DNA of 64,000 nucleotides from an uncultured Clostridia bacterium (GCA_964615905.1 CAZTUB010000004.1:287527-351526), one strand, 5' to 3'. Shown: positions 38,924-49,390, counted from the first letter of the stretch. Translations and numbers: made by a program. The notes: generated by a model from the letters alone, not told the origin.

Positions 38924-40366
38924 ATGTATGGCCTTCGAAGGTTGAAGATGAGAGATCAATCCTTTTTGCGTAAGATCGCGGCCCTGCTTCTGTTGGCGCT
39001 TGCGGCTGGAGTCGGCAAGGCGCAGGTCGCCCCTGCGAGTGTGCCTGCTCAGACAGTCAATCGTGACTCACACGTAATCATCATCTCGATTGACGGGCTT
39101 CTGCCCGAGTATTACACAGAGCCTGCGCGGCTCGGCCTTAAAATTCCCAACCTTGTCCGTATGAAACTCGGCGGGGCCCACGCCGCAGGGGTCGAGAGCG
39201 TATACCCTTCGCTGACATACCCCGCCCACACGACGCTTGTAACGGGCGTCAGACCGGCTCGTCACGGCATAATTCAAAACCATCTTTTTGAGCCGCCGAC
39301 CGACCCGCAGACGGGGTCGTGGTACTGGTTTGCCGACGCGCTCAAGAGCGAAACGCTCTGGACACTGGCTAAGAAAGCCGGGCTTGTGACGGCGGCGGTC
39401 GGGTGGCCTGTAACGGCACGCGCCGAGATCGACTACAACGTCCCGGAAATTTGGGACCCGGCAGAAACCCCTCGCACGTCAAAGAGGCAGGCTGAATTTT
39501 CGACGCCCGGCCTGCTTGATCGCGCGCTTGCTGCTAAATCGGGCCGCTCGATAGACGAGCGCAGAACGGCGATAACCGAATTTATCATAAACGAGCATAA
39601 GCCGAACTTAATGCTGATACATCTGGTCGAGCTTGACGATACGCATCACCGTTACGGCGCGCGAACCCCCGAAGCGATTGCGACCGCAGAGCGCGAGGAC
39701 GGCTTTGTGGGCCGCATCATCGAGGCGACGCGCAAGGCCGGCGTATTTGAAAAGACGACCTTCCTCCTCGTCTCGGATCACGGCTTTGCACAAATCGATA
39801 AGAAGTTCGAGCCGAACGTCCTGCTTGTTAAAGAGAAGCTCATCACGCTCGACGCGAGCGGCAAGGTGACGGGGTGGAAAGCCGCGGCGTGGCCCGCAGA
39901 CGGGTCGTGTGCCATCATGCTCGCTGATCCGAAAGATAAAGCGACCGCCGATAAAGTCGCCGCAATCTTTGAAGCGGTGGCCGCGCAAAGCAGCGGGCCT
40001 CTAAATCGCGTGGTGATGCCTGAACAGTTGACGAAGCTGGGAGCCGTCCCTGGTGCTGCGTTAATGCTTGAGGCCGCGCCGGGCTACTCGTTTGGCGGGG
40101 CGCTTGTGGGGCCTGCCATACACGCTGGCGATAAAGACAAAAAGGCGACGCACGGCTACCTGCCCACGCGCGCGGAGATGCGCGCGTCGTTGATCATCTA
40201 TGGCGCGGGCGCGCGAGTGGGCGCGCGCCTTGCGCTTGCTCGCATGATAGACATTGCGCCGACAGGCGCGGCGCTGCTCGGTCTGCGGTTCTCGAATATC
40301 GAAGGTGCATTGATAAAGGAGCTGGTAAAACCCGATATAGCATTGAACGTGAACCGTAAACCGTAA
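38924..40366 (+). CDS. Secreted type I phosphodiesterase / nucleotide pyrophosphatase (alkaline phosphatase superfamily)
   Basis: Signal peptide present. ISIDGLLPEYY...YPSLTYPAHTTLVTGVRPARHGI matches the NPP-family metal and catalytic Thr region. The start may be the internal Met at 38948. Confidence 0.75.
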   Translation: MYGLRRLKMRDQSFLRKIAALLLLALAAGVGKAQVAPASVPAQTVNRDSHVIIISIDGLLPEYYTEPARLGLKIPNLVRMKLGGAHAAGVESVYPSLTYPAHTTLVTGVRPARHGIIQNHLFEPPTDPQTGSWYWFADALKSETLWTLAKKAGLVTAAVGWPVTARAEIDYNVPEIWDPAETPRTSKRQAEFSTPGLLDRALAAKSGRSIDERRTAITEFIINEHKPNLMLIHLVELDDTHHRYGARTPEAIATAEREDGFVGRIIEATRKAGVFEKTTFLLVSDHGFAQIDKKFEPNVLLVKEKLITLDASGKVTGWKAAAWPADGSCAIMLADPKDKATADKVAAIFEAVAAQSSGPLNRVVMPEQLTKLGAVPGAALMLEAAPGYSFGGALVGPAIHAGDKDKKATHGYLPTRAEMRASLIIYGAGARVGARLALARMIDIAPTGAALLGLRFSNIEGALIKELVKPDIALNVNRKP

Positions 40367-40478
40367 ACAGTGACAAGAAGGAGAGACCGGCCAAGCTCCG
40401 TTTATCTCTTTCTTGTCACTTGTCACTTGTCACTTGTCACTCTCTTCTGACTTGTCACGGTTCACGGTTCACGATTCC
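40349..40478. repeat. Palindromic heptamer-based repeat element, copy C (with 4x tandem TTGTCAC)
   Basis: gtgaaccgtaaaccgtaaacagtgacaag ... (cttgtca)x4 ... ctgacttgtcacggttcacggttcacgattcc. The tail is near-identical to copy B, and the element supplies the TAA stop of the upstream CDS. Confidence 0.8.
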
Positions 40479-40520
40479 ATCGTCCGGTGCTATCATTTAT
40501 GCTGAGGTTTTTAAACTGCA

Positions 40521-41939
40521 ATGCGTCTCTCCTGCTTAACCCTTTCTCTTTTTCTGTTGCTGCTCGCACAGCCGGTCACGGCGCAGACGCATCGTGCGGC
40601 TTCCGTTGAATCGAGGCAGAACCCTGCCGAAGCGTTCGAGCAGGGGCAGAATGCGCAGGAGCGCGGCGACCTCAATACGGCTGTGCGTTTGTACTCAATC
40701 GTGATCGCCGCCGAGCCGTCTCTGTATCAAGCATATTACCAGCGCGGAGTCGCCTTGATGGATATGGGGCGAGCGAGCGAGGCCGAAGCCGATTTGAAAA
40801 AAGTGATCCAGTTGCAGCCGGATTTTGCCCGCGCGCATCGGGCGATGGGCCTGCTCCTGCTGGACCAGGGAAAGACCGACGAAGCAAAGAGATCGCTCAG
40901 CCGCGCAATCGAGCTCGATGAAAAGCTGACAGGCGTTCGCATATACTATGCGAGTGCGCTTATTAAAAGCGGCGACCCCGCGGCGGCCATCGCTCATCTG
41001 CAAACCGCGATTCGTATGGGCGAGTCTCTCCAGCTTGCGGAGGCTTTGCTAGGGCTGGCCTTCGAGCGGACAGGCAAGATTGATGACGCGTTCGCCACGT
41101 ACACGCGTGTGATCGAGCGCGAATCGACGAACCATTTCGCGCGTGAAGGCCGCGCGCGCATCCTTGAGCAGAAGGGCGAGCTTGCACGCGCCGTGGAAGA
41201 TTATTCTATTGCTTACAGGCAACAGCCTTCGCCCGACCTCGCGCGACACCTCGCGGGGGTGTACCGCAGGGCGGGGCAGCCGCAAGCCGCCGTACAGATT
41301 TACAGGGCCTTAATAAAAGATAAGCCCGAAGAGATGGGGCTGCGGGTAGAGCTTGCGCGTGCAATGGTCGAAAACAACCAGGCCGAGGAGGCCGTCAAAG
41401 AGATCGAGCCTATGCTCGCCGCCCACCCCAACAGCCCGAAGCTGTTGGTGCTTGTGGGTGATCTGTCTTTCAACGACAAACCGGACCTGGCCGCGAGTTA
41501 TTATCGCCGCGCTTTGGACGTTGACGCTGCTGACAACGATACGCGAGTGAAACTGGGGGCCACGCTCGTGCGCGCCCAGAAGTACGAAGAAGCGCTGCCC
41601 GTCTTGAACGAAGCGATTACACGCGCTCCCGATAACCACGCCGCCCACGCCAACCTCGCCACCGCCTTCTTTAAGCTCAAGCAGTACCCTCAAGCGGCGC
41701 GCGAGTTCATATGGATAGTGCGCACGCGGCCTGAGTTACCGGCCAGCTACTACTTTTTAGCGATCTCGCTCGACAAGCTCGGCGATTGCGATCAGGCGCT
41801 GCGCGCATACCAGGAGTTTGCGCGCAGGGCAGACCGCGCGGCTAACAAAACAGAGATCGAAGATGCGAATATACGGATAGCTTTCTTGCAGCAACAGGTG
41901 AAGGAGGGCAAGTGCAAGCCGGTCGCAAAGGGGAAGTAA
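40521..41939 (+). CDS. Secreted TPR-repeat protein
   Basis: Signal peptide followed by at least 8 TPR-like 34-aa repeats. Confidence 0.7.
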   Translation: MRLSCLTLSLFLLLLAQPVTAQTHRAASVESRQNPAEAFEQGQNAQERGDLNTAVRLYSIVIAAEPSLYQAYYQRGVALMDMGRASEAEADLKKVIQLQPDFARAHRAMGLLLLDQGKTDEAKRSLSRAIELDEKLTGVRIYYASALIKSGDPAAAIAHLQTAIRMGESLQLAEALLGLAFERTGKIDDAFATYTRVIERESTNHFAREGRARILEQKGELARAVEDYSIAYRQQPSPDLARHLAGVYRRAGQPQAAVQIYRALIKDKPEEMGLRVELARAMVENNQAEEAVKEIEPMLAAHPNSPKLLVLVGDLSFNDKPDLAASYYRRALDVDAADNDTRVKLGATLVRAQKYEEALPVLNEAITRAPDNHAAHANLATAFFKLKQYPQAAREFIWIVRTRPELPASYYFLAISLDKLGDCDQALRAYQEFARRADRAANKTEIEDANIRIAFLQQQVKEGKCKPVAKGK

Positions 41940-41940
41940 T

Positions 41941-43059
41941 ATGAACAAGACTATAGACAGGCTCAAGTCAATAACGGTCCTGATTGCGCTTGCGCTCAGT
42001 CTCGCCGCATCCGCGCGAGCGCAGGACGATATGCCGCCGCTGCCTGTCGATCCGAGGCCGCTTGAGAAGCTTATTTCGGACAAAGAGCGCGCAGAGCTGG
42101 CCGCTGCCAAAAAGCCAAAGAAGATTGTAGAAACCTATCTTGATATAGCGGAGGAGCATCTCGACTCGGCGCTTACGACCGCCAGGGACGGCGACATAGC
42201 AGGATCAGAACGCCACCTTGATATTTATAACAAGGCCGTCGCGGCAGCCTTCAACTTGACCTTATCTTTGTCTGACGGCAAGCGCGGGCTTTCAAAGAAG
42301 ATCGAGCAGACCCTCTACGGGCACATAAAACAGATCGCCGCGATTGAAGAGGTGTTTCCGCTCAGCCGCCTCGCATTTGCAGAGGCCGCGATGAAGCACA
42401 CAAAGCATATACGCGTACAGGCGTTGAACGAAGCCTTCGCGGCCGGGGATGTCTTGACCGCTCCGACGAAGGATAAGCCTCAAACCGACAACTCGCCCGG
42501 CAAAGACGGCACGCCCGGCAAAACCGGCCTTGCGCCCCGCCTTGCTCGCCAGCAGCTTATCGCTGTCGCTTTCACTCGCGCCGCATTGCAGATCGGCGTC
42601 GACTATTTGACGGAAGAAGAGGATGAGCAAGTGCGAAGCGCGCAGAAGCCCGACGATAGAATCAAAGTTTTCATGAAGATTGCCGACCGCAGGCTCGCTG
42701 CGCTGCGCCCGCAGCCGACGCCTGTCGGTGACAAGAAGGCGCTTGAAAAGGTCGGAAAAGAGGAGAAAGAGTGGGGAGTGCTTCCAAAGCTGACCCGCGC
42801 GCAGTTGCTCGTGCATTACACGCGCACAATAGACGAGGCGCTCGCCAAGCTTGAAGACGCGCACGAGCGCAACCCGAAGAATTCGGCAATCCCGAAGGCG
42901 CTCAATCTACTGCTTGCCGCCACGCAGCGACACCTCGAAATTTTTCACTCGATTGAAGCCGAGGTGAAAAACGATAGCGAAGACCTTGCCTTGAAAGCCG
43001 CAATCGCCCGCGCCGAGTTCGCTCAGCAGGGCGCGAACGAGGCACTAAAACAGAAATAA
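41941..43059 (+). CDS. Secreted alpha-helical hypothetical protein
   Basis: Signal peptide present. The start is 2 nt after the upstream stop. Confidence 0.45.
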   Translation: MNKTIDRLKSITVLIALALSLAASARAQDDMPPLPVDPRPLEKLISDKERAELAAAKKPKKIVETYLDIAEEHLDSALTTARDGDIAGSERHLDIYNKAVAAAFNLTLSLSDGKRGLSKKIEQTLYGHIKQIAAIEEVFPLSRLAFAEAAMKHTKHIRVQALNEAFAAGDVLTAPTKDKPQTDNSPGKDGTPGKTGLAPRLARQQLIAVAFTRAALQIGVDYLTEEEDEQVRSAQKPDDRIKVFMKIADRRLAALRPQPTPVGDKKALEKVGKEEKEWGVLPKLTRAQLLVHYTRTIDEALAKLEDAHERNPKNSAIPKALNLLLAATQRHLEIFHSIEAEVKNDSEDLALKAAIARAEFAQQGANEALKQK

Positions 43060-43519
43060 TTATTTGTCCACGCCCCTGAGCGACAATAGATAATTACGCC
43101 ACGCCATCTGTTACCGGCGCGGTTGGCCATATGGGCCTCGCGCCGGTCGCTTTTTCGGGATCGGTCCCGAATTCCTTGTGAAATCTGGGGTATTGCTTTC
43201 TTTTGCGGCCTGTAGTATCGTCAACCGGATCAATCGCGGGCGGTCTTAGACCGGTCAAAGCCGGAGAGCCCCAATTGAATCAACCAGGTCGGTTATGAAG
43301 TTGGACTGAAAAGGGAACAGAGAAGTTTCAAAGACCTGTAAGCGCAGCCATCAAGGCTGACCTGACAGGTCTTCGCTTGGCCCCCGGAATCCTATTTTTG
43401 CTCCTGTCGCCCTGAAGGTGCTGGCTACAGCTTAAACAGCACAGCCGAGTCTGTTTAGACATTTTGAGAATACTTTCACACACGAACTCTTGCAAGACAG
43501 AGGAGGAGGAGTAGTAGTT

Positions 43520-45031
43520 ATGACCCTGAAGCATAATTCAAAGTTCTTTATCCTAACGCTGGCCATTGTGGTCTTTAACCTGGCTGTATCGGCCAGCCCG
43601 CGCCAGGACCGGGGTGGCGAAAAGTTCTGGGGGCCGCGCTACAACGCACAGTCGCAAGCCACCGTCCGTCCGCAGAACAAGGTGCGCAACCTTGTCACCC
43701 GCTGGAACCAGATCGCGATTGACGCAAGCGGGCTCGACCACATGCCTGTAGCGCCGGGCGAGAACCGTGTTTTTGGCGAGGCGCTTGGGCCTGTGCGCGC
43801 TATCCGGGCCATCGCCATCGCCCAGATAGCTGTCTTCGAAGCGTTGAACGCGACCACGGGCGACTATGAAAGTTATCTCGGATTGTTCCGAGCCGCCAAA
43901 AAGACGGACAGGAAAGCCGCGATAGCGCAGGCCGCACACGATGCGCTGGTTGGCGTCTTCCCCTCGCAGGCGGCGACCTTCGACGCGGCGCTTGCCGAAG
44001 ACCTCAACAATATCCCTGACGGTCGCAAGAAGACGAACGGCATCAACCTTGGAAAGACGGCCGCTCAATTAATCCTCCTGATTCGCTCCGCCGATCATTC
44101 GCAACACGCAGAACCCCGCCTCGGCGTCGATTACTTCCCAAGCATGGACCCCGGCAAGTGGCGGCAGGACCCGATCAGCCTGATCCCTGTGGCGCTTGGC
44201 GCACACTGGGGCGAAGTAACGCCGTTTGTTATGGAGTCGGCGAGCCAGTTCCGCATACCGCCTCCGCCCGCTATGGAGAGCGCGGAGTACGCCGCAGCCT
44301 ACAACGAAGTCAAACGTCTTGGCGGGGACGGCATCAACACCCCGACCGAGCGCACGCAGGACCAGACCGAGATGGGACTCTACTGGGCTTATGACGGAAC
44401 GCCCAGCCTGTGCGCGCCGCCGAGGCTTTACAACCAGATCACCATCTTGATCGCCGACCAGATGAACTCGAATGAGATAGAGCTTGCGCGGCTGCTGGCG
44501 CTGACCAATACCGCGATGGCCGACGCGGGGCTTGCCTCCTGGGAATCGAAGTTCTTCTACAACTTCTGGCGGCCCATCGGCGGCATACGCGAAGCCGACG
44601 AGGGAACGGGCCCGTCGGGCCTCGGCGACGGCAACCCCGATACGATCTGCGACGTGAACTTCATGCCGCTCGGCGCGCCCGCGAGCAACCTGAACGGGCC
44701 GAACTTCACGCCGCCCTTCCCGGCATACCCGTCGGGCCACGCAACATTTGGCGGCGCTCTGTTCCAGACGCTTCGCAGGTTCTACGGGACGGATAACATC
44801 GCTTTCACCTTCGTGTCGGACGAGCTGAACGGGGTGACGCGAGACAATAGCGGAAACGTGCGCCCGCTGCGCCCGCGCAGCTTTACGACTTTGTCTCAGG
44901 CTGAAGAAGAGAACGGCCAGAGCCGAATCTACCTCGGCATCCACTGGTCTTTCGATAAGACGCAGGGCATAGCTCAGGGCCGCAACATCGCCGACTGGGT
45001 CTTCGACCACGCCTTCAGGCCGCTGAACTGA
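43520..45031 (+). CDS. Secreted PAP2-superfamily enzyme, vanadium-haloperoxidase-like
   Basis: AGGAGG lies before the ATG and a signal peptide is present. All three PAP2/VHPO active-site motifs are present: KX6RP (KFFYNFWRP), PSGH (YPSGHATFG) and SRX5HX3D (SRIYLGIHWSFD). Confidence 0.7.
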   Translation: MTLKHNSKFFILTLAIVVFNLAVSASPRQDRGGEKFWGPRYNAQSQATVRPQNKVRNLVTRWNQIAIDASGLDHMPVAPGENRVFGEALGPVRAIRAIAIAQIAVFEALNATTGDYESYLGLFRAAKKTDRKAAIAQAAHDALVGVFPSQAATFDAALAEDLNNIPDGRKKTNGINLGKTAAQLILLIRSADHSQHAEPRLGVDYFPSMDPGKWRQDPISLIPVALGAHWGEVTPFVMESASQFRIPPPPAMESAEYAAAYNEVKRLGGDGINTPTERTQDQTEMGLYWAYDGTPSLCAPPRLYNQITILIADQMNSNEIELARLLALTNTAMADAGLASWESKFFYNFWRPIGGIREADEGTGPSGLGDGNPDTICDVNFMPLGAPASNLNGPNFTPPFPAYPSGHATFGGALFQTLRRFYGTDNIAFTFVSDELNGVTRDNSGNVRPLRPRSFTTLSQAEEENGQSRIYLGIHWSFDKTQGIAQGRNIADWVFDHAFRPLN

Positions 45032-45068
45032 TTTCGCTGTCGGCTCTCGCTCGACGGCTTCAACTGCA

Positions 45069-45108
45069 AAGCCCCCGCCATCGCAACCCGGTGGCGGGGG
45101 CTTTCTAT
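45069..45108 (+). terminator. Rho-independent terminator
   Basis: aaagcccccgcc-atcgcaacccggt-ggcgggggcttt is a 9-bp GC stem followed by a T tract. Confidence 0.6.
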
Positions 45109-45186
45109 CTCAATTGAATTTGCGCTCCCCCTTTGCTTTCAAGCTCGCACTAGAGTAATTTCCGAAGGAGCGACGGAGAACCGTAG

Positions 45187-48100
45187 ATGACGAGCAGGCA
45201 CGGCACAGGCGGGCAGAAATTCAGGTTGCGGCCTACAGACATCGCCGCCTGGTTCCGGCACAGTTGCGACCGCAATTTTCGATGGAACACAGTGCCGGGC
45301 GAGCAGCGCGACCGGCCCGGCATCGGCTGGGGAGTGCCGCGCCGTATTAGAAAGAGCACGCGCCCAGGCGTTGTGCTGCTCATGAGCGCAGGGTATAACT
45401 TTGAAGCAGACAGCATCGAGGAGTTGATCGAGCTGCACGGCGAAGAGAAAGTCCTGCACGCGGGTTTTGGCTCGAACGCCAATAACCGCACCGTTAACGA
45501 CCTGCCCTTTAACCGATTCATCGATTCGTTAAGCCGACAGCCCTACCCGCTCTTTATCGCGCAGCTTGAGATCAAGCTTGAAGGCGAGCGGGAAGAGAGG
45601 TTTCTCCGCAGCTTCAATCTCGATCCGAGCCGCGTTGCGGTCAGTCCGGGGCGACCGGACTTGCTTGAGCTATTGCCGCCACAATCCGAGGGCGATCCTC
45701 ACAAGCTCCGCATCTGGGATTACAAAGCGTCGTCAGCCGCCCGTCATGAGCATTTCATACAGGTGGCCTACTACTCTTACCTGCTCGATTTCGCCTTGCG
45801 CGAAGAGGGGATAACCGACCCGGTCGTGGACCTCGATTACGCCGTCATCCGCTCGCGCGAGCCGGAGAAAGACCCGTTTGAGCTTGCACCATACAGGCTC
45901 GCCGTACGGGAGTTTATAGAGTCGCGCGTCCCCGAATTATTCGACGCGGCGGCGTCAGACACGCACTTTCACGTTGCGCCCGGTTGCATGATGTGCGAAT
46001 ACGCGGACCACTGCCGCGCCGAAGCCGACGCCGGGTTCGATCTTTCGCGCATAGCCTATCTGACTTCAGAGTCGCGCAGGCAGCTGCGCCGGGCTGGCGT
46101 AAAGACTCACCGCGACCTTGCGCGGGTCGGTGACGCCGCGCTGCTCGCCTCGATTCGAACGGCCGGTTACGACTTGACGGTGAACCTTGATCGTTACGTG
46201 GCGACCGCACAGGCACTCGAAGACGGGCAGCCGAGGCCGCTCGGCTCGCTGACCCTCCTCATGCCGCGTTACGAAGACATCCGCGTGATTATCACTGTCG
46301 AGCACGACCCGGTGACGAATACCTGTTTCGCGATAGGGCTGAAGACATTCGAGGGCTGGGATGCGGCCAATCGGCGCGTCATCGGTTCAGAGCGCGTCTT
46401 TATCGCAAAGGAGAAGGGTGCGGAGGCAAAGCTCCTGTTCGACTTTTTGCAGACGCTCAACGGGCTTCTTGAGCGAGTCGATGCGACGAACGGCGCTGTG
46501 CGAAATAGCTTCTCGCTTGAAACCGAACCGAATGTAAAGGCCGCCCAAGACAGGGCCGACGCGGCGCAGACGGCGCTCGATGCCTTCAAAGCCAGGTATC
46601 AGCCGCTACGAAAGACCAGTCCCGATTATGATAGCTTGGTAAACCGGCGTGACGCTTTAACCGCGTCGGTCAAGCAAGCCAAAAGATCGCTTGCCGAAGC
46701 TCGCAGCGAAGCCGTCAGAGTGATGCAGCGGAGCATGAAACGGCTGCACTTTTACCTTTACGACCAGATCGACTTGAAGAACCTTGAAGGGCTGATCGAG
46801 CGCAACCTGTTCAGCGACGACCCGCCGGGGCTGCTTGAGGAGATAACGCGTCTGGTTCGCATATTTCCGACCGAGTCGATCATCCCGGACGCGAATACAT
46901 TTCGGTCTGTGCCCGGAACGGTGGTCACGCAGGTTTTGCGCGCGCTGGTCGCCTTGCCGACTCCATACCAGTTCGATCTGAAATCGGTCTCCGAAGCCTT
47001 CCAGCCTTACAAAGAGACTGGCGAAGAGACGGGCTTCGTCTTTCGATACAAATACGGCTTTGCCTGGGATTCGTCGAACCAGCTTGCGTTTGAGCGCATA
47101 CACGATGTCTGGGATGGCAAGCGATACTCTGTCGAAGGACAGTTCGATCTCTCTTCAAACGAGATTGCCGAGCAGATGGAAAAGACGGCGCTCGCGAAAC
47201 TGCGCGCGACCGATTCGGTTGTGCGCAGGCTCAAGCAGGACTACAAGGACGGCCTGCGGCTTAGAAAAGAGCCCTTCAGGTTCTATAGCGATTTCAACCC
47301 GCTCAACTTTCAGATGCTCGAAGCGCTGCGCGTCTTTGCCGTGATGGAGAACTCGCTCGACGAACTGGCAATCAAGCACGTCCACACGCTCCCTGTCGAA
47401 GACCGGAACAACAAGTTTGTTTGCATTCGCGGGCTGCGTTACCTGGGAGGGCGCGACCCCGGTGACAACTCGCTATGGTTCAGCTTCGATGCGTCGTCGC
47501 GCGACGCCAAGATCGAAGCCGGCGATTATAATCTGGTGGTAACGAATGAGGACGAGCCGGATGCACTGATGGGCAAGATAGACGGAAAACTCTTTGACCA
47601 GACAACGAGCTGGTGGCTGGGTTATTACAAAGTCAGGGTCGAGGAGTTTGATCTTAGCGCCGAGCCTCCGCGCGTCAGGCTCTTGCCCGACAAACCGGAT
47701 AAGTTTCGGGAGGCAGTTGATTTGAGCCGCCCGTGCGTCCTCGATCAAGTATATTCAGACTACAACACGCCGAAGGTACTCGACGTGCTCGCTCGATTGC
47801 GCAACGACCCGGCGCAGGCGCGGCACGTCCACGACCTGTTGCGCGACGGGACGGTTGAAGGGTGGCAGCCGGTTGTGACCGAGACTCAATCCGTCGAACA
47901 GAGGCTCCGTCAGATAGTGAGCGATAAGGGAAATGATGCCGACAGGTTTCTCAATACCGGTCAGTGGAGAGCTTTTCACGGAGTCTTCAACCAGCCGCTC
48001 ACGCTCGTCTGGGGGCCGCCCGGAACCGGCAAGACGCATACTCTCGCGCACATCCTGCTTGGTTACGCCATTGCCGCGCAGACGACGGGGCGCAAGACCA

Positions 48101-49389
48101 GGCTGCTTGTGACCGCTTTCACGCACCACGCGATTGTCAACGTGATGAAGAAAGTCGCAGAGCTTGCGGACGAGTATGATCTTGATGAGCAGATCATTCT
48201 GCTTCGCCAGCTTCAAGGCAGCGGCAGCTCTGCCCACGACGAGTTGCCCGAACGTGTCGCCCTTGCTGCCGATAAATCGCTTGCGTCGCTTATAACGGGT
48301 GACAGCCGGTGCGTTGTTGTCGGCTCGACGGTCTGGAGCGTTTATAAAGCTATGCGGGAGGCGGGCGGGCCTGTGCAACAGTGGTTCGATGTGGTGTTGA
48401 TCGATGAAGCCTCGCAGATGAAATTGCCCGACGCATTGATCGCGTTCAGCGCAAGCCGGGCCAGCTCAAATATCATACTTGCCGGAGACGACCAGCAGCT
48501 CCCGCCGATCATACACGGCGTCTACCCTGAAGAACACGAGCACATGCTCTCGTCCGTCTTTGCCTTTGTCCGCAACCAGACCGAGCGAGCGCGAGAAACC
48601 GACCCACGGGCCGAACAGAAGCGGCTTTTTCAACTCGAAGACAACTTCCGAATGAACGAGCCTCTGACCGCCTACCCGCGCGAGGCTCTCTATCGCGGCC
48701 GGTTCAACTCGATCAAGCCGGACAGCCGCATACTGACCGCCCCTGCCATAAGCGAAGAGAGCCGAGACGCGCTCGACTCTCTTCTGCTCCCGTCGCGCCC
48801 TGTCGTGCTCTGTTCGTACTCGGCCCCGCGCAGCTATACGGCGCGCAACCCTGTCGAAGCAGAGCTGATCGCGCTTATGACCGAGCGGCTCAGCCGTATC
48901 ATGCTCGACGAGGTGAATGGCGAAAGCGCGGTTCACCGTCCGCATGATTTTGCGCGCAAGGGGGTCGCGGTCCTTTCTCCGCACCGCGCTCAAAACAGCG
49001 CGATTCGACAGGCTCTGCGCGACTACGGGTTCGGCACGGATGATAAGCCTATGCCGCTTGTCGATACGGTCGACAAGTTACAGGGCAAGGAGCGCGCGGT
49101 CATCTTTGTATCATACGGCGTGGCCGACGCAGAGTACGCTACCGCCGAGGCGGAGTTCCTGCTCAGCAGCAACCGTTTCAACGTCGCCGTCACGCGGGCG
49201 CAGAAAAAAGTCGTTGTCTTCTGCTCCGAGCAGGTATTGAACGTCGTGCCGTCGGACCGGCGGACCCTGCTCGACTCGATGATGCTCAAAGAGTTCCGGC
49301 GCTACTGTAGCGACGGTCGCGTGCGCCTGCCCTGGCTCAGTCAGGAAGCGGGCGAGGTGGAATTAAATATCCAGTGGAAAGCGTTTTAA
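45187..49389 (+). CDS. Dna2/Nhi-like nuclease-helicase: N-terminal Cas4/RecB-type PD-(D/E)xK nuclease with Fe-S cysteines, RNaseH-like region, long helical linker, C-terminal Upf1-like SF1B helicase
   Basis: The nuclease carries GRPDLL, IWDYK and QVAYYSY motifs plus Cys at about residue 27 and the cluster CMMCEYADHC. Helicase motifs are I GPPGTGKT, II LIDEASQ, III GDDQQLPP, V TVDKLQGKERAVIF and VI NVAVTRAQKKVVVF. A GGAGAA Shine-Dalgarno sequence lies before the ATG. Confidence 0.8.
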   Translation: MTSRHGTGGQKFRLRPTDIAAWFRHSCDRNFRWNTVPGEQRDRPGIGWGVPRRIRKSTRPGVVLLMSAGYNFEADSIEELIELHGEEKVLHAGFGSNANNRTVNDLPFNRFIDSLSRQPYPLFIAQLEIKLEGEREERFLRSFNLDPSRVAVSPGRPDLLELLPPQSEGDPHKLRIWDYKASSAARHEHFIQVAYYSYLLDFALREEGITDPVVDLDYAVIRSREPEKDPFELAPYRLAVREFIESRVPELFDAAASDTHFHVAPGCMMCEYADHCRAEADAGFDLSRIAYLTSESRRQLRRAGVKTHRDLARVGDAALLASIRTAGYDLTVNLDRYVATAQALEDGQPRPLGSLTLLMPRYEDIRVIITVEHDPVTNTCFAIGLKTFEGWDAANRRVIGSERVFIAKEKGAEAKLLFDFLQTLNGLLERVDATNGAVRNSFSLETEPNVKAAQDRADAAQTALDAFKARYQPLRKTSPDYDSLVNRRDALTASVKQAKRSLAEARSEAVRVMQRSMKRLHFYLYDQIDLKNLEGLIERNLFSDDPPGLLEEITRLVRIFPTESIIPDANTFRSVPGTVVTQVLRALVALPTPYQFDLKSVSEAFQPYKETGEETGFVFRYKYGFAWDSSNQLAFERIHDVWDGKRYSVEGQFDLSSNEIAEQMEKTALAKLRATDSVVRRLKQDYKDGLRLRKEPFRFYSDFNPLNFQMLEALRVFAVMENSLDELAIKHVHTLPVEDRNNKFVCIRGLRYLGGRDPGDNSLWFSFDASSRDAKIEAGDYNLVVTNEDEPDALMGKIDGKLFDQTTSWWLGYYKVRVEEFDLSAEPPRVRLLPDKPDKFREAVDLSRPCVLDQVYSDYNTPKVLDVLARLRNDPAQARHVHDLLRDGTVEGWQPVVTETQSVEQRLRQIVSDKGNDADRFLNTGQWRAFHGVFNQPLTLVWGPPGTGKTHTLAHILLGYAIAAQTTGRKTRLLVTAFTHHAIVNVMKKVAELADEYDLDEQIILLRQLQGSGSSAHDELPERVALAADKSLASLITGDSRCVVVGSTVWSVYKAMREAGGPVQQWFDVVLIDEASQMKLPDALIAFSASRASSNIILAGDDQQLPPIIHGVYPEEHEHMLSSVFAFVRNQTERARETDPRAEQKRLFQLEDNFRMNEPLTAYPREALYRGRFNSIKPDSRILTAPAISEESRDALDSLLLPSRPVVLCSYSAPRSYTARNPVEAELIALMTERLSRIMLDEVNGESAVHRPHDFARKGVAVLSPHRAQNSAIRQALRDYGFGTDDKPMPLVDTVDKLQGKERAVIFVSYGVADAEYATAEAEFLLSSNRFNVAVTRAQKKVVVFCSEQVLNVVPSDRRTLLDSMMLKEFRRYCSDGRVRLPWLSQEAGEVELNIQWKAF

Positions 49390-49390
49390 T

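Noticed and set aside
40412-40440. Tandem cttgtca repeats considered as a CRISPR array or microsatellite
   Set aside because: The units are only 7 nt with no spacers. They form part of the larger palindromic repeat element (copy C) and are not a CRISPR array.
43300-43360. AAGGGAAC motif in the long leader upstream of the haloperoxidase gene considered as a cobalamin riboswitch
   Set aside because: The B12 box and the GGTG..AA.TCC core are absent, so a single short motif is insufficient.
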